Positions 54,535 through 64,000 of a stretch of DNA of 64,000 bases are shown here, piece by piece (the first letter of the stretch is position 1; each line of letters begins with the position of its first letter). The DNA lies in contig KZ538183.1 of NCBI GenBank assembly GCA_000934665.2, positions 1-64,000 on the forward strand, in the 5' to 3' direction. A model generated the notes under the pieces. That model did not search any database and was not told where the DNA came from. It worked only from the letters and a program-made list of their open reading frames with translations. A program made the position numbers and the translations under genes. This DNA comes from Catajapyx aquilonaris (lineage: Eukaryota).

Positions 54535-56403
54535 AGGATTCTGCTGTAAAACAAGTAATTGCGAGTTTTTGCAATAAACAGTTGGTAACCGAGTAACTAA
54601 CATTTATTTCAATCCTTTTTTTAAAAAATTACATGTCCCGAGTACAAAAACAACAGACTGAGACCTGACAGAACTGTGACTTCTAGTTCTACTCTGATTG
54701 TCGCCTGAGATTATCCAATGACTAAAAGGAGTAATAACTTTGCTTTCCTGTGAGACCAGAGTAAAACTTTTGGTGGGCCCAAAAATGAATCGCAGTAACA
54801 ACTACTCTAATATTAACATGTACCAGCCAGTAAAGCAATGGTAATTTCCAACTCAACCTTCCTGAAAAAAAGGCTATGTAACAGACTAAATCCTGGTTGT
54901 ATGAACACAAATTCAGGCAAGATCTCATAATGTGCATCCATATTCACAATACATCGTCAGATATCTTCCCTTGATTATAGCTGCTACAACCAGGTCCAAG
55001 GACCAGCCATATGAAATTAAGGCATCTCTCATTTGTGTCACATCTTCTGACAACATGTGAGACTTGCACCAAATTTATACAACTGTGCCTAAATGACAAC
55101 TTAGTGGTGCATTTCTCAAGTTGCTTGTTTTGTGCCTTTCAACTGCTTTTCATACACATTCCTCGCTATCCCATTTGAGAAATCTAGCATAAGTTGATTT
55201 TCCATATCACAGGACTTAAAATGATGCAAAAAAAATGATAACAGTCTGCCTTATCACACTATCACAAAGAGAAAGTGAGGTCTCTCTGGTGCCCCTTGAC
55301 ACGAGTTGGTACAGTACAATTCACAGAGGAAAATATTCAAAACCTATTCCGTATAACTTTCTACAAGAGATTTCCATTTCAATTTCCACGTGTACAAAAA
55401 TATCAATCCGTATGGCTAATAAAAGGCACCCACTATGGCATAAAACCCGACATATAATCCACATCCATCAGTTCATTAAAATCCTTTCATGTAAATAGGT
55501 TTGCAAAATAAATTAAATGCATGTGCAGATGGCTTGCTTTTTCACACATCTTTTGATAAAAATAAGTTTGCAGAATAAATAAATGCATGTGGAATTGGTT
55601 TGGTTTATCATCCAACATCCTTCCATATAAATAAGTGTGAAGAATAAATAAAATACATGTGCATTTGGCTGCGTTTCTCACAGAAAATTCCAGTACAAGA
55701 GGTAATACATAAGTTATAAGAACGGGTAGATCCATTTATAATGGAATTAGCAATATCACTTTACAAACACCAAAAGTAGCACCACATACACTTGATAGAT
55801 CTTGAAGCTTTTTTGACTTGCCAAAGATATCAACTGGTTTCATTAACAGTTATCCCAGTTGGATCTCTTGGCATGTTAAAGAAGCAATTCTTTTATCTAT
55901 CAAGTCATGCAGGATTGAATACTACCTGATAATGTTGGTCATAAATTTAATGTATAAAGATCACATACCATATGCTGACAAACCAGACACAGGATTTCAG
56001 TAAAAGTACTAGGGTTAAAATGACAAAGTACATCGAGTTGACGAAAAATCTGCAGGGGATGTTACAATAGTATTTTAAAAATAGTAAAAAAGTAAAAAAT
56101 AAATAATGATTTGACATTAATATGGGATCCTAACCAGACAAGTCATGGAAAAAAAAAGTGTTTCCTATCACTTATCAAAATCAACTTCCACTATTATACA
56201 ACCCTGTAATTGGTGTAAGAAAATGACATTATCAACAATTCTGTTAGTCTTCACGTGATAAGGCTGGCATTCAGGTTGACAGACAAATTATTGTGCAAAT
56301 TAAACACCTGGCTAATGTCAATCAGCCAGTTGCTTAAAAGTCAAATAATTAAGCTAATCACATGGTTTTCGCTGAATTATTGTCAGTATACCACAAAGCA
56401 AAT

Positions 56404-56629
56404 CTGCCATCCGAAGCAAGAAGGCCGTAACTCAATATCCAGTTTCCCCTTGTGGCGAGCAAATAAATCAAGTGTTACTGAAAGCATCCAAGAGGTGGAG
56501 TTGGGGTAGGTGGGTAAAAAGGACCGGGTACCCTAACTCCACCTCTTGGATGCTTTCAGTAACACTTGCTTTGCTCGCCGCAAGGGGAAAGAGAATATTG
56601 AGTTACGGCCTTCTTGCTTCGGATGGCAG
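56404..56629. mobile_element. Fold-back MITE, Sola-like
   Basis: Inverted arms of about 100 bp around a loop of about 20 nt, with a 4-bp AAAT duplication (56400-56403, 56630-56633). Confidence 0.75.
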
Positions 56630-57077
56630 AAATGCCATTGCCTAATCAGTCAATCATCAAGCCATATATCATGCCAATCAAGCCATGTGATCACAATGTA
56701 AGTCCAAATAACTAAAACCCATTAAGAAATCTCCCTTTACAAAACTTACACCAAGCCAATCACTTTAAAATCCTCTCAGGACATCTACCTTCATCCTACC
56801 TAATCTATTTGTATACAAAACATGTAAGTAGCACAGCCACTTCAGTTAAACATGCAGTCCACATAAAACTCTGAAATCAGTCCTCACATTAAAAAAAAAA
56901 AACTTACTTCCTCATACTTAATGAAATTATACATTGGTTCGTAATTGCAGCACCACTTTAACCTACACACCTTCTCTGGAACAGGAAAAGAATGATGCTG
57001 CACTTACGAATCAACCTTCCCAGTCTTTTTCCGAATATACCTGCTAGAAATTGCTGCAACCTTGGTTGGCACACGAC

Positions 57078-60000
57078 TTAGACATTAGATGCAAGGCTTC
57101 GATTGGCCTTGAGCTCACGAAGTCTCATGCTCCTTCTCTCTGGGACAGGAGCAGACTGTGCCTTTTTCCCTCCGCATGTTGGAGTAAGGGATCGAATGCA
57201 GTCAGCTGCCTCTGCCAAGCGTTTGGTTAGTATCTCGTTCTTATTCTTCTCTGCTTCCAGTTCCTTCCTAAGCTGTTCCCGGGACTTGTTGGCATATGGC
57301 CAGAGAGCATGGTGTTGCAGGACCTGCACAGCCGAGGGTCGGCATGCTGGAGATGGGTCTACCATAAGCTGGAACATCAAGAAAATTGTGTTGTTGTGGT
57401 TGATGGTGTATGTCTAGGCCTCCAGGGGATCTTTTCCCTGAACTTCCAATTGGCTACCATTAGGATCTGGTGTCACGTGTACTCAAAAGCCCTTATGGGG
57501 TGATAAGACATGGATGTCAAGAACTTGGGCATCTAATATATATTTCAAGACCTATGTCTGTCCTTTGTGACCTAAACAGATCCATATGGAGGCCTCCACA
57601 TATGCCCCAGGGGTATCACTAGGGGTAGTTTTTTACCAGGAAGGTTCTTAGCGCATTGGAATTGACCTCCGAGGTTATCCTTGGCCACAGGAGGCGGAAA
57701 GTACTTTGGAACAATCTTCTAATAATGAGCAATTGGCTGTAAACATCACCTGTCTTGGGTTACCGGGGCAACCACTGAATGCCCAAGGCCACATCGCCCC
57801 CTCCCCACTGCCCCCCTCCTCCTCCTGTCCCATGCACCCACCCTCCCACTCGCCCCCACCATCCCCGTTCCGTAAAAATCAACATTTAACTTTCCATATT
57901 TCATTATATTACAAACACAACAAAAAAACACGTTCCCACGGCAACGACGTTCCATCGCGGTCAACAAGCAGTTCCATAATCTACAGCGGCGCATTAGCAA
58001 AAAAAATACGGTAACAATGAAGCCCTTGGCGACGACCTTAACAAACTCGCTTATGCATGGGCAGCATATGGGGATTCGACATGTCCACGCTTCTGCGGCC
58101 GTACGGGAGCAAAAATGGTGCAATGGACACAGATATTACACCAAAAAATAGGACATGATCTGGCGCAGGGCACCTTCGCCGTCATTTTATAGCATTTCAT
58201 TGGTCACTTGCTCAGTCACATGCCCAAGAATATATTGTGACCTCAACAATTATTTATTAGTGATGTGTTTGCGTTACATCAGTCATATTTAGTGACACTA
58301 GTTGTGACTGACACAAGGTTCAGTATGTTAAGTTAGAGGCCTTTGTCATGTATGGTTGGTCAGAAAATACTAGATTATAATATACATTATAACATATATC
58401 AGAGGCCTGTGATGAAATTTTTTTTCTTCAAAGAGAGAGGTGTTTCTTATGTATTTTTTGATGCTGATTTCGGGAAAAATACGCAAAAACTTCCATTAGG
58501 TACAGTTTCGACACAAATCGAGAATTTGTCTGGATGCCTACATACTGGGCCCTGCTATAAAAATGTGTCAAACCAATATTTAGCTTAGAAAAATAGATAT
58601 TTCAGGTCAACGACGATAAATTGAAACATAGAAAGTAGAAAAAGGTTAAAATGTTAAAATTTAATTTATAACCTCTAATGTGGCAACACCTGAACCACGC
58701 GGTAGGGTGGGTGCATAGAAAACATTTTTTTCCATGAGTACTTGTAAGTACATACAAGTGGGGAGGTGTGGTGGCCGAGATGGTAACGTCTCGGCTTGCT
58801 GTGTGAAAGGCCGCAGGTTCGATCCCCGCCTGGGGAACTTTCCTTTCACCTGCGTCAGGAGGGTCTCTGACCTGCACCAAGGAGGTGTCTGGCAACCTAG
58901 CCTCCTGGGGGACTGCACATGACCCGTTTAACGACATTGCACTTGCACTCGTGTCCCCTCCCCGAAAATCCCTATTCTTACCCAATTTCCTTGATTCCTT
59001 GCACCGAAGTTGAGAAACTTGAACAAAAATAAATGAAGGTTCATGCGATATACTCCCGTTTGGGGGTGAAAGCATTACCCACAATTATTATTATTATTAT
59101 TATGTAAGTACCTACTCATGCCATCTATTTCATCTTGAAGGAGATGGCTGTGGCTTTGTAACCTATTTTTTTCTCAAACCTACTCATCCCCCACCTGGGC
59201 CTGAACCAAAGGTTTTTTTACTCTGCTATACTCTTCTCTGTGATTTTCCTGAATCTTTATCCTCACTTTGTGGAAAAACCTGATGTGATAGAGGAAAAAG
59301 CTCGGCATTTCTGAACTCAGCGTATCGAAATACATTAGAAACACACAAAATTGTGCAGAAAAAAATAATAAGTATTATTTCGCAGGCCTGTGTAGTTAGG
59401 CCACAGCCGCTTCCTTCCATCCCTATTCTATCCCAAAAAGCAAAGTAAAAATGAAAGCAAAGAGTTCCAGTCAAAACAAAATTGGGATGAACTCCCCCCC
59501 CCCCCCCNCCCCCCCTTAAAGAGCCGCCAGCTGATAACGGGGTATGAATTATTATTATTATTAATTATTATGATTATTACCTGTTCAAACTAGACCTTAA
59601 AATTGTTAAAAACTGACACTTAACGTTTTCATAATTTATCAGAGGGAGTGTGCAATAATGTGGAATTATCTAGGATGATTATGAGGGGTGGAAGTCGCCT
59701 ACAAAAAACCGTGTAGATGTCGCAATAGGATGACGTCACATTCTCGTGCATAGCGTATGAGGCGGTATATGGCTCTCTCAAGATGGAACTCAGGTTTGTA
59801 GGTCTCGGACGTTTCAGCCCCATCTTGCGCATGAATCGAGAGTGAAACCAATGGTGCCAGATCCAGGGATTTTTAAAACTCTTTTTAAACCCCCCACCCA
59901 AAGAGTGCAGAATCCAGTGGGAGACAAAGGGTTAATTATTTCAAATGGATACCCCGTGCCAGGCCTCCTTGGGCCACTTAAGGGATCATCTTTTATTTAA

Positions 60001-61307
60001 CCGACTTTAATCATTGCCTGCGCTGTGATGGATTTTGATAGTGGGAGGAAACGGGAGAACCCCGAGAAAACCCACGCGAACACGGAGAGGACCCATCGAA
60101 ACTCTATCCACATAAGAATCCTCCGTCCGACCCGGGGATCGAACTCGGGACCTTAGAGGTGGAAGGCTGCGGCGCTAACCATTCCGCCACCGTGTCGCCC
60201 CCAAATTATTTCAAATGCTCGGCATTTAAAACAGAAATATTAGTGCTGCATGTGGGACAATATTTTGGAACCTATCTCACTCACTTACATAATAATTTTG
60301 ACTTGTATTACTCTGATTCACTTTAACCCTTTGATGACTACGGACATCATATGATGTCTTGAGATTTGCCCTAAAAACTTGGGACATTTTTCAACTTGCA
60401 AAATTACAACCTCACCGATTTTCTTGAAATTCGGTGCAATGGTAGCTCACCCCAAGGGATGAAATACGCACCTATAGTTACCTGATCGAAATGACCCTAT
60501 GACCCATGTTGGAGGGGGGCATATGTCAATGCACCGAATTTCAAGAAAATCGGTGACATCGGAATTTTCTTGGGAATTTTATTTGGCCTCAGCCGCCCTC
60601 AAAAATGGGTCACATGGTCATTTTGATCAGGTAACTTTAGGTGCGTATTTCATTCCTTGGAGTGGGCTACCCTTGCACCGAATTTCAAGAAAATCGGCGA
60701 GGTTGAAATTTGACCTCTGCCCCCTCCAATATGGATCACAGGGTCATTTTGATCAGTTAACTATAGGTGCGTTTGTCATCCCTTGGGGTGGGCTACCAAT
60801 CCACCGAATTTCAAGAAAATCTGGGAGGTTGGATTTTTACTAGTTGACCTTTGCTCTCCTCAAAAATGGGCCATGAGGTCATTTTGATCAGGTAACTAGG
60901 TAATCCAGGTAAGCCGGGGGTAATCCGGGCAGTCCGGGGGTAATCCGGGCAGTATGCGGATTATTATTCATTAATATCACTCTTCATCAAATTTCCAGAA
61001 AAGGGGAAAAAGAACTCAGGCCATAGGGTAAGGCAAACGCTCAAAAACTCCATCATCAAAAGGTTAAGCCAGTGCTTCTGGAATCAATTACCAGAGTATA
61101 ACAGGTACTTCCTGTATAATTGTTGTTATTTTCCACCTGAAGGTATCATATTGACTAATAAGAAACAAAGGATCTGTACCCTGAGGAGATTGTTGAAATC
61201 CTTGGAGCACTGTGGTAGGTCCTTTAGTTTGCCATCCCGTATGTTATGCCATTCGTCGCCATTCTTGGGGAGTGGGCCTCCTCCACCAGCCTCATACACC
61301 GTCAATG
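57078..61307 (-). CDS. WEE1: Wee1-like kinase, last two coding exons; upstream exons lie outside the window
   Basis: Exons 61307-61180 (LTVYEAGGGGPLPKNGDEWHNIRDGKL...FNNLLR) and 57368-57078 (LMVDPSPACRPSA...KSREQLRKELEAEKNKNEILTKRL...NRSLA) match the Wee1 kinase C-lobe and C-terminal coiled coil. Confidence 0.92.
57532..58310 (+). mobile_element. Possible non-autonomous Helitron
   Basis: A|TCTAATATATAT start and CTAG|T end with no TSD. The sub-terminal hairpin is not clearly visible. Confidence 0.4.
58760..59102 (+). mobile_element. tRNA-derived SINE (family A) with an (ATT)n tail
   Basis: Head GGGGAGGTGTGGTGGCCGAGATGG...GGTTCGATCCCC, flanked by TGTAAGTAC duplications. Confidence 0.87.
59948..60203 (-). 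mobile_element. tRNA-derived SINE (family D) with a V-domain-like core
   Basis: 14-bp TSD AATTATTTCAAATG, A and B boxes, core GTGTTCGCGTGGGTTTTCTCGGGGTTCTCCCGTTTCCTCCCAC. Confidence 0.85.
60327..61063. mobile_element. piggyBac-type MITE with internal direct and inverted repeats of about 120 bp
   Basis: TTAA|CCCTTTGATGA ... TCATCAAAAGG|TTAA, with repeated CACCGAATTTCAAGAAAATCGG. Confidence 0.75.
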
Positions 61308-62614
61308 CTACAATAATAAAATTCACAAACATTAGTTACAACAACAAGGAGGAGGGAGGAGGAGGAGAACATACTGTGCAATGTGGCAACCACTTCTGGG
61401 ACAGGGGATAGGCCAGGGACATAGGCTTTGGCATATCAGAGTGTATCATAAGTGACTTTGCAGCATAGTTAGCCTATATGGGTCAATAGTGAAATACTGC
61501 ACAATTTCAGTTCCAAAATTTAAATATAAAAATATCCTCATAAAAATGCAGATTTTTTAAAAAAGTAGGTCTGACCTCTGGCGTTCCCGCAAAAATAGCA
61601 ACAGAGATCGTAGACTTAAATTTTTACATTTTTTAGTTAATGAGGTGTGACCTACATTTTGGAAACTACATCATAAATTGGCCCATATTTCTTGGATTTT
61701 TTTGGCGTATTAAGTTTTAAGAAATCAGTTTCAGTTCCGGGGCTATTAGTGTTTTTTCGGTAGGAAATGGTGACGTCACTGTTTCCTAAGAAAATGTTGA
61801 CATCACACCAATCACGCAAAGTGAAATGAAGGCAAGAATGATGTTATAGAACGCGCCCCGGCATGGTCGTAAAATGGTTCGTTGTTGTAAGCAGCCGTCC
61901 TATTCCTGATGCTGCGGTGCCTGCATGTGCATGTGAGTTCGTGGCCCAGACCCTCGCAGAGCTCAGTTCGGAGGGCGGGAAGGTCGCTCCGGGGTGAACC
62001 CACCCGCTGTGTGCCGGAGGGAGTGAAGAAGCACGAGAGGTTTAGCAGTAAGTGCATATGCGAATGGCAGCCAGGTATGCCGGAGGTACACAACTTACGG
62101 ACGGTACGGTACTGACAAAGCAGGGAGGAGCAGATGCACGTCCAGCAGCAACACGTGGAAGATTTGAAATTATGTAGTGGAAGCTACTATAAACAAGATG
62201 GCGGCAGGGCTCATTTTTACTCTAAGCTGCTCAAAGAGCTTCAAGCATATGATTCCCTGGCAGTGATGCCAGCAAATCGGAATGTTCTGTCTCCTGAATT
62301 CGGCACATAAAGGGCCCCTTTCTCCACTTCAATGGCCCACAGCCGCCTTGCGAATGTTTTCCGACGTGTCCACGGTAAATTCAAACGCAACTTCGAGCAG
62401 GTTCAACACGCAGTCTAAATCTGGCCCTGGTCGGGGGGGGGCGCGTAATATATGTCAAACAGCACAGGGCGTCATCTCACCTAACGACGGCCCTGCTGGG
62501 CCCCCCTCACCCCTGCATACGCCACTGCTGTCACGAGTGAAATTCGATTGTAATTAAAAATATTCGAGACTTGGGGTCGGGAAGAATTAGGCGACCCCAA
62601 GTCTCGAATATTTT

Positions 62615-62730
62615 AAATTACAATTGAATTTCACCCATCCCCATGAGACGGACTAACCCCAACCAATTGACTTGTTTCTTACAATATTGATCTCACCCAG
62701 AGAAAGAATAGTTTTCGGCAGTTTTACCTG
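62615..62730 (+). repeat. Dispersed repeat shared with positions 38-150
   Basis: Shared block GACTTGTTTCTTAC...ATCTCACCCAGAGAAAGAATAGTTTTCGGCAGTTTTAC. Confidence 0.7.
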
Positions 62731-64000
62731 CCTGTTTCACACTACCTATTACAGCACCCATCTTGGAAAAATGGCGGCAAAAACAGTTATTTTTGGTCTA
62801 TTTTTTCAACAATATATTAATATTATCAAAATTTAAAATGGCGACAAGTTAACCTTCGTATCATGCTGAACGACTTCCCACAACATATCAAAATTAACAC
62901 AGAATTTTAGCGAAACATTTTTTTGAACAATCCCGCCTGGGTTGCGACTGAGTTCCTGGGTTTTTCCGGGTTTTCCCTGTCTACCCCCCCCCCCCCCTCA
63001 GCCCCCATCCTGACCACCACCAAAATTCTTCATCCTCATAAGGGTTAGCTTCCAAACCCTTTTGAGGATTAAGCGTGTTGGGAAGTGGGGCATTTTGGTG
63101 GTGGTCGGGTGCACGGAGCCTTGAGTGAAGCTGGCATATGCCTGGGTCACTCAAGGCTCTGTGGTGGGGTGGTGATGGAAAATCCATGAAGTAGGTACCT
63201 ATACTGTCCATCTATTCTTGGGTTTTCCGAATATTTTTGCACTTTCCGGACATGTTACTGACATTTTGTCATTTTCCTTGAAATCCCGACTTTTTCAAGG
63301 TCGGGAACAAGCAAATACGAATTCCCGACATTCTGAAGAGTTCCCCGACAGCGTGGGAACCCTGAACATGGTATAGATGGTCCAAAACTTTCAGAAAGGT
63401 TATTAAAATCATGTCCTTAAACATCTGACCCCGCCTATGGGCACCTGTGGATGGGCAGTGTCCCCGGACATGAGGAATTACGTTAATTCCATGTAAAACA
63501 TGGGTTACAAACTTGTAATTTCAAAGAATAAGCTCTTTGTACCTAAAAAACAAGTATGGTATTTGAACTCCTTAGTTACATTTACCAGGTGCCACAGAAG
63601 TGATGCACTCATCTCAACACTTCAATTAATGACGTTTAGAGCAGAATAACATGCCTTCAAGCAACCAAACCAACAGGTTTTTGATTCAGCTTCTCAATAT
63701 GGCTGCATGAGCAAGTCAAGACAAAAATCCTGTACATTGCTGCTTCCGGGATGATTTTATAAGTTTTTGTTTTTATCTACGGTCATGACTAGAAACCTTG
63801 GGACAAAATTCATCTTGCAGTAAAATCATTGCAAATTGGAACTTCAGGACAAACAATGCACTAGTCTTTACCTTCAGTATTCCTTTCTCCATGACTAATA
63901 TAAAAAGTGAAATAACATCTTATGCCTTCCGTAAAATTGACAAAACTACAAAAGTGAAGGTTGGGACACGCCTCGGAATTGACTTTTCACGCTCTGTGGA

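Noticed and set aside
58760..58835. tRNA genes (also at 22610, 47490 and 60130)
   Set aside because: These are SINE heads with bodies, tails and TSDs, not standalone tRNAs.
63871..63900. Possible further Wee1 exon ending GAAG|GTAAAG
   Set aside because: The translation does not resemble the expected kinase subdomain IX sequence.

Overview
Eukaryotic genomic DNA, probably from an arthropod and likely an insect. It has spliced genes, abundant MITEs and SINEs, and three N-gaps next to poly-C/G runs. Genes in order: CCDC93 (minus, 9 exons visible, 3' part outside the window), an RERG-type Ras GTPase (minus), an intronless C2H2 zinc-finger gene (minus), a disrupted ARL14EP copy (plus), SMYD4 (minus), HINT1 (plus) and the last two coding exons of Wee1 (minus). 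The best signal is in the zinc-finger gene. Its stop codon lies in a UGA-CUAG readthrough context and is followed immediately by a 15-bp GC-rich long-range stem. An in-frame 206-codon extension then encodes a second, diverged copy of the last two fingers, so a 4-finger and a 6-finger isoform could be switched by stop-codon readthrough. Other observations: a natural Q61L-equivalent in RERG, a Sola-like hairpin MITE in the putative Wee1 3'UTR, mosaic SINE families, nested transposons and perfect palindromes with a 1-nt spacer. Gene identities come from my recognition of the translated sequences; no database search was run.
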